DNA of 64,000 nt from Eledone cirrhosa (GCA_964016885.1 OZ024742.1:10788001-10852000), one strand, 5' to 3'; positions 48,180-60,967 are shown, counted from the first letter of the stretch. Numbers and translations: made by a program. The notes: a model not told the origin generated them from the sequence alone.

Positions 48180-48555
48180 AATGGGATTACTCCGGAAGGT
48201 CTTTGGAGTAACGTCACTCGATAGAGTGCGTAGTTTGGAGATGAGAGAGTCACACTAGGTAGAGCCACTACTTCTCTAAATTGAGAGATCACAGCTCCAA
48301 TACTACAGACATGTGGTTAGAATGTCTCAGGAAAGAATCACTGGACAGATTTTATGGGCAAAACCAACCGGCACGAGACCCAGGGGTAGATCCAGAGCAA
48401 GATGGTCGGATAACATCCATGAGCTCGGCTGGTCATGCTTGTGGATCCAACCAGATCAGTTGGAGATGGTTGCTTCTGACAGGACCTACTGGAAGGAGTG
48501 TTTCAGGAGTCTGCCCCCGCAACCCTCTCAGGAATAAGTGGTCAAAGAAGAAGGT
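48180..48555 (+). mobile_element. Degenerate RTE 3' fragment of another family
   Basis: LRKVFGVTSLDRVRS..IERSQLQYYRHVVRMSQERI..GTRPRGRSRARWSD with stops. Confidence 0.75.
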
Positions 48556-48926
48556 ATATCTTTTTTAATGAACATACAATTTTAGGCTCAGTGATAAGAG
48601 CTGCAGTACAAAACAATATGTTGTTGGAAAGTGAGGCTAAATTTCTGTGTTTATTAAATAAAAAACATAGAGCAAATATTACAAGATATAATATATTAAT
48701 ATATTTATTGTAAAATCAATATAGAAACAATACTAAACCAATATAGATTCCTATATTATCTGCTGCAGTTTTGTGAGTGGTTGGGTGTGAGGGAGTCTGG
48801 TGAAGGGGGGGGGGTACAAGGAGAGAGAGAGAAGGGTAAGAGATGTTGTGGGTGAAGAGAGAAAGAGAGAGAAATGTAGATAGATAGATATTAGGGTGAA
48901 GAGAGAGAGATGGAAACAGTTGGAAT

Positions 48927-48984
<58 letters not shown>

Positions 48985-50149
48985 AGTGTTTGTGTGTATA
49001 TATATTGAGAGAGAGGGAGTGAGGATAAGGGATGAATATGATAAATGATTTTACTAAAGTGTTGGATATGAGGACTGAGGTTGCCCCTCAAAGTGTCAAG
49101 TGGGTATAACTTAGTCATTCACACCATTGTTTGTCATAGAAGGTGTTGAACTAATCTCCGTCCAGCACTGATATATGACCATCCCTATAGTGTTGAGAAA
49201 GCGGAAGGTCTGCTGGTCTGTAACAATGTCAAGCACTACCAAGGACTCTCCTATATCTCAGTTGACAATTTCAGACAGGAACTGTAGGTAATTATTATCA
49301 CTGATATATTATCTTCCTCTCTTATGTCTACAATCATGGCTGTTAGTTGAGCTTTGAGGTTAACAAGCTGGATTTAGAACTCTGGTGTTTCAGGTTCAAT
49401 CCTGCTTCACAACTTCCCCTCCCTTAGCAAGTGGGGGTCCCTCATACTCATTCATCATCATCATTCAGCCCCATTGCTCTCTGTGGAGCATCGGCCATTG
49501 ACGACCGTCTGCCATCATACATGATCCTGAGCCACTCCACTCCAGCCTCTCTACCTCCGTGGGTTCCAGGTCAGGGCTTGTCATGTGTTGTTGGATTCTA
49601 GTTTCCTTGTATTCCATATTGGTCAACTGATATTGTTAATTCACTATCTTAAAAATAAAGATATTTAATTTAGTCACAAGGTCAGCAATATGGAGGGAAG
49701 GTCAAAGTCAAGTACCTGATAGGTCCTTTATTTTATCAATGTCAGCAATATGGAGGGAAGGTCAAAGTCAAGTACCTGATAGGTCCTTTATTTTATCAAC
49801 CTCAGAAAGATAAAAGGCAAAGTTGACAACCACAATATTTGAACTACAAATCATTTTCTCCAAAAACTCTAACAGTTATACCAAGCCCTCACTTTCATTA
49901 CATTTATATTTTCTAATTTAGTGACAGGCCCAGCACTTGGGAAGGGCAAATCAATTCTGATAATGATAAAAACTGCATGGTCACTTAATGTGGTACATGT
50001 AGCAATGGCTTGTGATAAGGATAAAAGCTACATGATCAGTTAATGTGGTACAAGTAGCAATGGCTTCTGATAAGTATAAAAGCTACATGATCAGTTAATG
50101 TAATACATGTAGCAATGGCTTCTGATAAAGATTTCTTTACCATTATTAA

Positions 50150-50522
50150 TAATAATTGTTTCTACTTTAGGCACAAGGCCAGCAATTACTCAGTGCATTA
50201 CTGGTACTTTATTTTATCGACCCCGTAGGGATGAAAGGCAAAGTTAACCTCGGCGGGATTCAAACTCAGAATGGCAAGGGCCGTAACTCTATGCGTCAAA
50301 GGATAGCATCCGACCCTCTACCGATACTGCCAAAATAATTGTTTCTACTTTAGGCACAATGCCAGCAATTACCCAGTACATTACTGGTACTTTATTTTAT
50401 CGACCCCTTAAGGATGAAAGGCAAAGTTAACCTCGGCGGGATTTGAACTCAGACTGTAAAGGGACGTAACTATGTTAGAAAGCATGGCGTCCGACCCTCT
50501 ACCGATACTGCCAATCCACTGA
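50150..50522 (-). mobile_element. Two tandem SINE copies
   Basis: Two reverse copies of the SINE at 4815 (50150-50335, 50335-50522). Confidence 0.8.
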
Positions 50523-50945
50523 GGCACAAGGACACTTGAACTGCTACATGTAGCAATACAATCCATCTCATCAGACATCTTATAACATGAAGGACTTATA
50601 ACAGCCCCTGTTCTCCCCCCCCCCCTCCAGCATCATAGACATTGGATATTGTGTACCTGGGGTCGCCCTATAATCCCCTCCCTGTTTGAATACCTCTGAT
50701 CATAAGCCTGCTTGGTCGTGGTTGATTTGTATCTAAGCAACAATTATTTCTAATAACATGTACCATCATTCTCCTCTACATGGTCAATTAAACTGTTAGA
50801 AATAGCAGCCAAACCTAAATTATTTTAAATTATCTTTTGTAATCTTAAATAAATATGAAAATACACCCCTAAAAGAGGGGAGGGTTAGATCATAGATCTG
50901 CTTAATCAAAGTTGACCTGAGATTAAAAATCAACAATTTGCTTAA

Positions 50946-51187
50946 CGCTTTTGTTACCGAACCACCTGAAAACCTGCGGTTCCATCACACATAACTGTTT
51001 AAAATGCCTATATTTACCTAAAAATCTTCCTTCATAATTTTATGTATGAACATTTTATAATCTAAACACCAGCTTAACAATGACAAAGTTTGTTATATTA
51101 CTAAATATCTCCAAATTCTTGACAAATTTCAAAATTATTTGAAAACCCTAGGCAGTGTTTTTCATTAGACATTTGGTAACAAAAGGG
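50946..51187. mobile_element. piggyBac-like MITE
   Basis: TTAA flanks; cgcttttgttacc / ggtaacaaaaggg inverted termini. Confidence 0.65.
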
Positions 51188-51619
51188 TTAAACACTTCTA
51201 ATAAGAAGACACTTCCCTAAAATGTAAATCTTTATTGTACAAAATTAGAACTTTCTACTTCATATTCTGCCATCTTAATTAAAAACGGAAGTACACATTG
51301 AATAATGAAGATCTCGGTAGACTGAGTTTGAACAAAGATCACAACTGGAATATCTTGAATCATAGCTCAAATGAGTCACAGTTGACCTACAACTAAACAA
51401 CAATTCTACTTCAGGTTTTTGTTTAAAAATCACTGTGTTTCCTTTCTAAGTATACTTATCTATTTGTCACCATTTCATATCATACTTAGTGAACAATAAG
51501 GTCAGTGGTTATAGGTTGCTAATGGACCAATCACTGGGTCACTGGAATTCTAATGGTAACAAGGAAGGGCATGTAACTTGGTGAGCTTTGGTTCAGAAAA
51601 CACCAGTCTTTTATTCTTT

Positions 51620-52120
51620 GGCAATAAATTATTGTGTACAGTGCTCAGGTGCACTATAACTCATCAAATGTGAATGTATAGTACATAGAATATACAAATG
51701 TCAGGGAAGTGAATAGTGTATGAGTCATGATATACATGTGTGCATGTGTATGGAGGGAGAATATCAGGTGTAGTGTTGGCGAATCTCAGGAAGCATGGAG
51801 GTCTTAACGGATGCAGTGTTGCGACAGCTAACAACTGATGCAGGGAGTTTGTTCCGTGGAGGTTTTAAAGGATGCAGTGTCTCGACAGCTAACAACTGAT
51901 ACAGGGAATTTGTTCCATGGAGGTTTTAAAGGATGCAGTGCCCCGACAGCTAATAACTGATGCAGGTAGTTTGTGCCATGGAGGTTTTAAAGGATGCAGT
52001 GTCTCGACAGCTAATAACTGATGCAGGGAGTTTGTGCCATGGAGGTTTTAAAGGATGCAGTGTCTCGACAGCTAATAACTGATGCAGGGAGTTTGTTCCA
52101 TTCTTCAGCAACTCTGAGCG
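51620..52120 (-). mobile_element. CR1-like LINE 3' end with a 61-bp segment repeated five times
   Basis: FTLRVAEEWNKLPASVISCRDTASFK; homologous to 62050-62310; units at 51797, 51858, 51919, 51980, 52041. Confidence 0.8.
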
Positions 52121-52603
52121 TAAATATAATAATGGTTTCTGATTTAGGCACAAGGGCAGCAATCTTAAGGAAGGTGAAAGTTAATGAAATCAACCCCAGT
52201 GCATTACTGGTACTTTATTTCTACAGTATTGGTCTTTTCAGAATCTATAGCAGAAATTAATATTTCTGTTGCAGAAATTAATATTTCTGTTGTATTGATC
52301 GAAATGTTCGTCAATTCAATAATTTAATGTAATTTAATCTTGGTTACTTTTATTCCTTTCTATATATGTTATGTGATATTGTAAAACTGTAGTTGGAAAT
52401 TGACTGATTGGATTAAACCCTGAACTGTCTTTTACTTATCTTGCTGTAGACTATTATTTTTGAGCTTTGAAATATTATTTTCCTTTATATAGTTGTGTTC
52501 TTTGCCTTTATATAGTTGTGCTATCACCTCATCTAAACTAGTATATATCATATATAAGATATGACAAGCTCCTAATGTGACCTTTTTTCGTTATCTTATT
52601 CAG

Positions 52604-52669
52604 GTGGAGACTTCACTGAATGCCAGTGCTAAGTCTGCTAAACGATGTGTGTGGCAAGCGAAGAAGAAG
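52604..52669 (+). CDS. Semaphorin (Sema domain) internal exon, 66 nt, phase 0-0
   Basis: ctaat branch-like site, pyrimidine tract and cag acceptor, gtaagt donor; VETSLNASAKSAKRCVWQAKKK joins in frame to the 57619 exon giving C-x4-K..DCQNHIR. Confidence 0.72.
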
Positions 52670-53267
52670 GTAAGTGGATCTAATGTCATTTTGGTGTCAT
52701 TTTTAAACAGTGTCCCTGCTGGGTGTGTAACTAATGTGTTGGAAGTGGTCTTTGGTGTAATTTCTAAACACAGTGTCCCTGCTGGATGTGTAACTAATGT
52801 GTTGGAAGTAGTCGATTACAGTTTGACAGAGGAGCAGGGGATCTGTAATTTGTGGTTGTGTTCTTAATACATGGCATTGCTAATGTTGTTTGACCCCAGG
52901 TCAGTGTAGATCAGGTAAACCTATGATCAAAGTCACTCCATTCCAGCTATCTTAACTTTTCTTTATGTGAAGGAGACCCAAGATATAAAATATCTAACAG
53001 TAGGGTGAGAATCGGTTGTTACTTTTAGAAGGTCAAACAACCATGTAGAAGTTACCTCATTGGCTTGTGTTGAGAGTCCTGTAATTGTTGATGGGGACGG
53101 TGGGGGGTCAACAGAGACAAAATACTTTGCTCAATTTAGTTGCATTATTCTCCTTCCTCTTCTCCTCCCTCTTTCTATTTTAATGATTAATTGAATTAAC
53201 ATGTATGTGGCTGAGTATTCCCCAGACACTTTGTGCCCTAACATAGTTCTTAGGAATAATCAATATA

Positions 53268-53616
53268 GCAAGGTGGTCGTGGAGGTGCCACGGCAAAAAA
53301 GCACCCAGCCCACACTGTAAAGTGGACGTGTAGGCGCCACGAAAAAGCACCCAGCCCACACTGTAAAGTGGACGTGTAGGCGCCACGAAAAAGCACCCAG
53401 CACTCACTGTAAAGTGGACGTGTAGGCGCCACGAAAAAGCACCCAGCACTCACTGTAAATGAGGTTGGTGTTAAGAAGGGCATCCAGCTGTAGAAATCAA
53501 GCCAGATCAGTTCCTGTATGAGCAAGGCATGGTCAGCCGACCAGACACTGCCCACAACAGGACAACCCGTCTAACCCATGCTAGCGTGGAAGAACGGACG
53601 TAAAACGGTGATGATG
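53268..53616 (+). mobile_element. RTE 3' UTR copy with a 46-bp internal triplication
   Basis: Matches 59969-60225. Confidence 0.85.
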
Positions 53617-53969
53617 AACAAGGTTGAACCTTTGAATTACAAATATAATCTACTTTATGGGCTTCCACTTAATTTCTGCCTACCCATCTTCACTTCGATG
53701 TCTTGGGTTGACTCAAGCTTTAATTATTGATATAATCAATCTGACGGGCTTCCACACAGTTTCCACCCACCTATCTTCACTCCGATGTCTGAAAAGCACA
53801 AAGTAGCACTATGAGTGTATATCATATTAAAAATGGAAGTCTACTCTACCAACAATCTGTCCACTAGAAAAGATACTGTAAGCATGTGAATTAACAATCC
53901 ACATGAAACCACATTAACAAGACATTCTTGTACAAAGCAGCCCTATGACTGTATCACATTAAAAAGTAA

Positions 53970-54190
53970 TATGATTTCTAGTATAGGCACAAGGCCAGTA
54001 ATTTTTTGGGGGGTGCGGGGTCGATTAAATTGACCCCACAACGTTACTGGTGCTTTATTTTATCGACCACATAAGGATGAAAGCAAAGTTAACTGTGGTG
54101 GGATCTGAACTTAGATCATGAAGGGCCGTAACTCTGTGCTGCAAAGCATGGTGTCTGATGCTCTTATGATACTGCCAATCCACCGCCCTG
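53970..54190 (-). mobile_element. SINE
   Basis: Same family as 50335-50522. Confidence 0.75.
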
Positions 54191-55326
54191 CATTATAAAG
54201 TAATATGATAATAAAAGATATAAGCATTTGAATTAATGGACCCATTTTTAGATATTTTCTGCCAAATCATTATAGAAAGTTAGGAGTTAATATAGTTTAT
54301 TTTTATATGTTGGAATCTATGTATTAATAATGTTGAGTATAGTGTGTGGTAGGTTGAAAAAGCTAGGTTAATCTGACCTCTGTCAGTGGAGAGCAAAGGG
54401 ATCATTATTTATATACCGATGGTGGCAGATCATTTCCTTGGCACCCTACACACATAATCAGCTTCATCATTCATCAGTAAAGTCACCTCAGGGCTAAGAT
54501 GTCTTAACCACTTAACTGGTCATGTGTTCAATCTTTTCTTCTGCCATATTTTTATATCTTCAGGTCAATCTAATTATTTACATCTGCTCCTTTTACAAAC
54601 ATCATCATTTAATGTCCATACTCCTTACTATAGAAATATGTACACATTATATATATATGCTAGTGTGGAAGAATGGATGTCAAACGGTGATGATGATGAT
54701 AATATATACACACATACACACACATGTACCCTTGCTGGTAAGGAAAGCGGACATTAAAATGATAGTGATATATCTCAAATTACAAAATATGAAGAAATAA
54801 TAGACGAAAATACACCTATTTTTTCTTCAAAGTCCCGACTGCAGCTTCCCCAATCCGGGTGCAATGATTTCTGCACTATAAAAGTGCATCATCGCTATGA
54901 GGTTGATACGGCTTATCAAGAGACACCCTCAGAAAAAGGACTGTTTCTTGATGCGTTCGTAGCAAGTGAGAAGATCTCTAGAGGCTGAGGGAGAAATTAA
55001 CATGTGGTACAGTGGTCAATAGAAGGACTCTTTCGTAGCAAGTAAGAAGCAGAGATGCATAAAACTGCCTCTTACACTATTCATCATCATCATTTTACGT
55101 TCACTTTTCCCTGCTTGCAAGGGTGGGGTGGGTCTTATTCAGCACAGCATCTCTCCACTTGTCACGGTCCTTCGTCAAATATATCCAATATATCAAATAT
55201 ATATATATATACCCTTGCTAGTAGGGAAAGTGGATGTTAAAACAACAATGATATATATCATCATCACCGTTTTACATCCATTCTTCCACGCTAGCATGGG
55301 TTATATATAGCTCTCTATATATAACC

Positions 55327-55470
55327 CATGGCTTAGTGGTTAGAGCATTGGCCTTGCAATCGAAAGGTTGTGAGTTCAATTCTCAGACCGGGTGATGTGT
55401 TGTTTCCTTAAGCAAGACACTTTATTTCACATTGCTCCAGTTTACTCAGCTGTAGAAATGAGATGATAGG
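55327..55470 (+). mobile_element. tRNA-derived SINE
   Basis: tggcttagtggttagagc A box; gagttcaattctc B box. Confidence 0.8.
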
Positions 55471-55491
55471 GACTGGGGTCCCTATCATTTC

Positions 55492-55660
55492 ACTGCAAAG
55501 TGGTCACGGAGGTGCCAAGGCAAAAAGGCACCCAGCACTCACTGTAAATGAGGTTGGTGTTAGGAAGGGCATCCAGCTGTAGAAATAAAGCCAGAATCAG
55601 TTCCCGTCCCACCCTTACAAGAAGGGAAAAAGCGGATGTAAAATGAAATGATGATGATGA
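55492..55660 (+). mobile_element. RTE 3' UTR fragment
   Basis: Matches 62555-62720, (tga)n tail. Confidence 0.8.
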
Positions 55661-55932
55661 TATATATACATAGAGAGAGAAAACTGCCTCATACCCCATT
55701 ACCAAAAAAATTCTAGCATTAATTAAATGAGTCATCTGTGTTCCTATTTAGATAAGATAGGATTTGTAAATAGATAAATATTTATACAACTTCAACCAGA
55801 TCTCCACCCCATAGTATTGGGGTTAGGTTAATCAATTTCATGTGTCCCCCTTTTTCAAATTATAGAATTTATATATATATGTCTATAAATAGTTGAAGAT
55901 GGTGAATTGGTTGAGTCATTAGAGTATTAGAT

Positions 55933-57135
55933 AGACTAAATATTTAGGACTACAGTATTGACAGTAGATTAAGACTTAATATTTAGGACTACATCGCATT
56001 GGACAGTAAATTAAGACTAAATATTTAGGACTACATAACATTTGACAGTTGATTAAGACTAAATATTTAGGACTACATCACATTTGACAGTGGATTAAGA
56101 CTAAATATTTAGGACTACATAACATTTGACAGTGGATTAAGACTAAATATTTAGGACTACAATATTGACAGTAAATTAAGACTAAATATTTAGGACTACA
56201 TAACATTTGACAGTTGATTAAGACTAAATATTTAGGACTACATCACATTTGACAGTGGATTAAGACTAAATATTTAGGACTACATAGCATTTGACAGTGG
56301 ATTAAGACTAAATATTTAGGACTACAATATTGACAGTAAATTAAGACTAAATATTTAGGACTACATAACATTTGACAGTTGATTAAGACTAAATATTTAG
56401 GACTACATCACATTTGACAGTGGATTAAGACTAAATATTTAGGACTACATCACATTTGACAGTGGATTAAGACTAAATATTTAGGACTACATAACATTTG
56501 ACAGTGGATTAAGACTAAATATTTAGGACTACATAACATTTGACAGTGGATTAAGACTAAATATTTAGGACTACAATATTGACAGTAAATTAAGACTAAA
56601 TATTTAGGACTACATAACATTTGACAGTTGATTAAGACTAAATATTTAGGACTACATCACATTTGACAGTGGATTAAGACTAAATATTTAGGACTACATA
56701 GCATTTGACAGTGGATTAAGACTAAATATTTAGGACTACAATATTGACAGTAAATTAAGACTAAATATTTAGGACTACATAACATTTGACAGTTGATTAA
56801 GACTAAATATTTAGGACTACATCACATTTGACAGTGGATTAAGACTAAATATTTAGGACTACAATATTGACAGTAAATTAAGACTAAATATTTAGGACTA
56901 CATAACATTTGACAGTTGATTAAGACTAAATATTTAGGACTACATCACATTTGACAGTGGATTAAGACTAAATATTTAGGACTACATCACATTTGACAGT
57001 GGATTAAGACTAAATATTTAGGACTACATCACATTTGACAGTGGATTAAGACTAAATATTTAGGACTACATCACATTTGACAGTGGATTAAGACTAAATA
57101 TTTAGGACTACATCACATTTAACAGTAAATTAGAA
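55933..57135. repeat. 42/39-bp minisatellite with higher-order pattern
   Basis: gactaaatatttaggactacat(a/c)acatttgacagt(g/t)gattaa and a 39-bp variant; about 29 units. Confidence 0.97.
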
Positions 57136-57618
57136 CTAAGTGCCATGCAGTATTTCCTTTGGTTCCCAGCACTCTAAGTACAAATATAACCAAGATTAAG
57201 TTTGCTTCTCATGAAACAAAGTATGATTCCATAGTAGTGGACTTGTGAAATATATAGAACATCAGACAAAGCACTTAGAAATATTTGTTCCATCTCATTG
57301 TAATCTGAATAAAAACTCCAGCTGGTCCTACTTTAGACTTTAAAACGACCCCACTCAGTTTAAAATCAACAGCTAGTCTTTGGGTGCCTTTACTGGAGTC
57401 TACTTTGTTGTAAGCATTTGGTCTGGTTTTGACTGGTTTGAGAATACCTTCCTATCTTTACACTTTCTTTCACCAATCTTGCAGGTCCTGAATAAACAAC
57501 AAAAACATTTTAAAATATATAAAGAAATTATGTTTTTAAGTAATTGTTGTTTCTTTTCTTTTTTTTATTATAGATATTTTTCTTTTATAATTTCTCACCT
57601 TTCCTGTGTTTTTCATAG

Positions 57619-57720
57619 ATGCCAGATTGCCAAAATCACATTCGGTTAATAGCACGAAATGGAACCACTCTGTTGGTATGTGGCACTGGTGCCTACCAAC
57701 CAACTACTTATCATTTAGAT
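57619..57720 (+). CDS. Semaphorin (Sema domain) internal exon, 102 nt, phase 0-0
   Basis: Long pyrimidine tract and tag acceptor, gtaagt donor; MPDCQNHIRLIARNGTTLLVCGTGAYQPTTYHLD matches the semaphorin C-x-N-(Y/H/F)-I-R ... CGT(N/G)A(F/Y)xP motif. Confidence 0.88.
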
Positions 57721-58175
57721 GTAAGTTTTATTTTCATTTATTATTGTCAATTGCACTTGTTTTAATTTGTTCAAATTCTCTGAACCCTTTTAATACCAAA
57801 CCCCAAGAGACTGCCCCTGGTTCTACCATACAAATCCTACTTGTTTTTACCCCATAAGACTGCCCCTGGTTCTATCATACAAATCCTACTTGTTTTTAAA
57901 TGTTCATATCTAAATTAAGACTGTCCTTCATTAAACTATCGAGTACTAAGTTGAATAAATGTCTTCTGAAAAAATCAAAGTCTGTCTCGAGCCCAGAGGC
58001 TCATCAGGACAGAACTTATCCCAGTTTCTTCCTGTCTTGTCTGGGAGGTCAGTAGCCCTGTTTCTGTACTGGCTTGGTTTTTGTAGACTTGTCCAACCCT
58101 TGCTAGCAGGGAAAGCAGGCATTAAATGATATATATATATGTTCAGTATTTGTTTAGGTAAAAACAGGAATAAGC

Positions 58176-59933
58176 ATGAGTAGTCATTATGATAGATTAC
58201 TAAATGAGGAGAATGCATGGGAAGAAGAGACCCTACCCCACGTAGACCCTATAGAGGGACCAGCAGTACAAGTCAGCGGCAGCGTAGTAAGTAAGGCAAT
58301 CAGAGATATGAAGATAGGGAAGGCAACCGGTCCATCGGGTATAGCTGCCGAGATGCTGAAGGCATCTGGGTCTGTAGGTCACACTATAACCACACGTATC
58401 GTTAACCAGGTAATACTAGAGGGGGCCATACCAAAAGATTGGTGCAGTAGCATCATTGTCAACTGCTACAAAGGTAAAGGCGATGCACTAGATAGAGGAA
58501 ACTATAGAGGTATAAAGTTGATGGACCAGGTCATGAAAGTAACAGAAAGAGTTATAGCACAGCTGATTAGGGACCGGGTGAATATAGACGAGATGCAATT
58601 TGGGTTTGTTCCAGGGAAAGGCACCACTGATGCGCTCTTCCTTGTGAGGCAATTACAGGAAAAGTACCTAGCTAAAAGTAAGCCACTCTACTTGGCATTT
58701 GTCGACCTTGAGAAAGCCTTTGACAGAGTTCCACGTGCAGTAATCTGGTGGGCTCTTAGAAAACTAGGAGTAGATGAATGGCTTGTGAAAGCGGTACAAG
58801 CCATGTATAGGGGAGCAGTCAGCAAAGTTAGGATTGGCAATGAGTATAGCGAGGAATTTAGCGTACAGGTTGGGGTCCACCAGGGCTCTGTTCTTAGCCC
58901 TCTCCTGTTCATCATAGTCCTGCAGGCAATAACGGAGGAGTTTAAGACCGGATGCCCATGGGAACTCCTGTATGCTGATGACCTCGCACTCATAGCTGAA
59001 TCTATGGTAGAACTAGAGAATAAATTCCAAACCTGGAAGCAGGGACTAGAGAGAAAGGGCCTCAAAGTCAACATGACAAAGACTAAGGTCCTTATAAGTA
59101 GACGAGAAAACAGAACCCAGATCCCCTCAGGGAAATGGCCTTGCTCAGTATGTAGGAAAGGTGTAGGTAGGAACTCCATTCTTTGCCCCAAATGCAAACA
59201 ATGGGTACACAAGAGATGTAGCGGGATCTCAGGAAGCTTAATTAAGAATGTAGGATTCACATGCAGCAGCTGTGCTGAAACAGCAAGCAAACAGCCACAG
59301 GAAACAAGTACCACCAATCTCTGGGAGGGCCCTGTAGAAACAGTAGACAGCTTCTGCTACCTAGGTGACCGAATTAGCAACGGAGGTGGGTGCTCAGAAA
59401 GTACAATAACTAGGGTAAGAACGGGATGGAAGAAGTTTAGGGAACTACTACCACTGCTAGCTGCAAAAGGCTTCTCCCTCAGAATGAAAGGCAGACTGTA
59501 TGATGCGTGTATCCGAACAGCGATGTTGCATGGTAGTGAGACCTGGGCGCTGAAGGTGGAAGACTTACGTAGATTAGAGAGAAACGAAGCCTGCATGCTC
59601 CGATGGATGTGTAACAGTAATATACGTGAACGACAAAGCATAAATGAATTGAGAGAGAGACTGAGCATAAGAGGAATCAAATGCTGCGTGCAGGAGAGGC
59701 GGTTACGCTGGTATGGACATGTGATGCGTATGAAGGATGACAGCTGCATAAAAAGGTGCAGAGCACTAGAAGTTGATGGAAACCGCGGAGTGGGGAGACC
59801 CAAGATGACTTGGGATGAGGTGATAAAAGCCGACCTTACCCAACTACACCTCTCAAAGTCAATGACACACGACCGTGACTTCTGGCGTCACGCAGTAATA
59901 CAGGGTACCCGACCTCCCATGGGTACATGCTGA
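58176..59933 (+). CDS. RTE reverse transcriptase (5'-truncated, uninterrupted) with internal PHD finger
   Basis: [45 protein letters not shown] (59142-59273)..DSFCYLG..LHGSETW..RLRWYGHV. Confidence 0.95.
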   Translation: MSSHYDRLLNEENAWEEETLPHVDPIEGPAVQVSGSVVSKAIRDMKIGKATGPSGIAAEMLKASGSVGHTITTRIVNQVILEGAIPKDWCSSIIVNCYKGKGDALDRGNYRGIKLMDQVMKVTERVIAQLIRDRVNIDEMQFGFVPGKGTTDALFLVRQLQEKYLAKSKPLYLAFVDLEKAFDRVPRAVIWWALRKLGVDEWLVKAVQAMYRGAVSKVRIGNEYSEEFSVQVGVHQGSVLSPLLFIIVLQAITEEFKTGCPWELLYADDLALIAESMVELENKFQTWKQGLERKGLKVNMTKTKVLISRRENRTQIPSGKWPCSVCRKGVGRNSILCPKCKQWVHKRCSGISGSLIKNVGFTCSSCAETASKQPQETSTTNLWEGPVETVDSFCYLGDRISNGGGCSESTITRVRTGWKKFRELLPLLAAKGFSLRMKGRLYDACIRTAMLHGSETWALKVEDLRRLERNEACMLRWMCNSNIRERQSINELRERLSIRGIKCCVQERRLRWYGHVMRMKDDSCIKRCRALEVDGNRGVGRPKMTWDEVIKADLTQLHLSKSMTHDRDFWRHAVIQGTRPPMGTC

Positions 59934-60241
59934 AGCATATAAACAATATGCCCCCCCCCCCCCCCACCGCAAGGTGGTCGTGGAGGTGCCACGGCAAAAA
60001 AGCACCCAGCCCACACTGTAAAGTGGACGTGTAGGCGCCACGAAAAAGCACCCAGCACTCACTGTAAATGAGGTTGGTGTTAGGAAGGGCATCCAGCTGT
60101 AGAAATCAAGCCAGATCAGTTCCTGTATGAGCAAGGCATGGTCAGCCGACCAGACACTGCCCACAACAGGACAACCCGTCTAACCCATGCTAGCGTGGAA
60201 GAACGGACGTAAAACGGTGATGATGATGATGATGATGATGA
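58183..60241 (+). mobile_element. Young 5'-truncated RTE LINE with 3' UTR and (TGA)n tail
   Basis: Uninterrupted ORF followed by family 3' UTR and tgatgatga tail at 60218-60242. Confidence 0.93.
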
Positions 60242-60276
60242 GCCTCTCTTCCTTTGTAGTTACGATAGAGATTCAG

Positions 60277-60565
60277 CATCATCATCGTTTAACGTCCATC
60301 TTCCATGCTAGCATGGGTTAGACGGGAGTTGTCCCACTTGAGGCAATATTGGTCGAGTGACCGTGTCTCACTCGTATAGGACTATCTGGCAGGTTTTCTA
60401 TGGCTCGATGTCCTTCCTAACACCAACCACATTTACAGTGTGGACAGAACTTTTTACTGTGTTACCTACACGGCCACATTACAGTGTGGACTGTGTGTTT
60501 TTTGCCATGACACCTATACAATCTCATTAGTTTGGACTGGATGTTTTGGTACCAACATAACTTTA
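60277..60565 (-). mobile_element. RTE 3' UTR fragment
   Basis: Matches 205-497. Confidence 0.8.
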
Positions 60566-60774
60566 CAGAGAGTATAATTGCAAAATTGGCAACAGCCATG
60601 GTAAAAACAGAACCAACAGCACAAGTATGAAGATGGTTAGGGGACACAATTTTAATGTAGATAGGGAGGTTATCAAACATTTTGGGCCACTGCCCCCTTC
60701 CCAGCCATGTATTACGACCCCCAACCCTATTTCCAGAGAGACCTGCCTACACACAAATTGTAAATAATATATAA

Positions 60775-60967
60775 TAAATAATTGTTTCTACTTTTGGCAC
60801 AAGGTCAGCAAATATCCAGTGTATTACTGGTACTTTATTTTATCGACCCCATAAGGTGAAAGGCAAAGTTAACCCCGGCGAGATTTGAACTCAGTCCGTA
60901 AAGGGACGTAACTCTGTGCTGCAAAGCATGTTGCTCGACGCTCTACCAATACTGCCAATCCACCGTC
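60775..60967 (-). mobile_element. SINE
   Basis: Same family as 50335-50522. Confidence 0.78.

Noticed and set aside
49191-49288. Candidate exon ending in ag|gtaatt
   Set aside because: Weak acceptor and its open frame ends in phase 2, incompatible with the phase-0 exon at 52604
55933-57135. CRISPR-like array with palindromic repeat
   Set aside because: Inter-repeat segments are only a few recurring variants; ordinary tandem repeat
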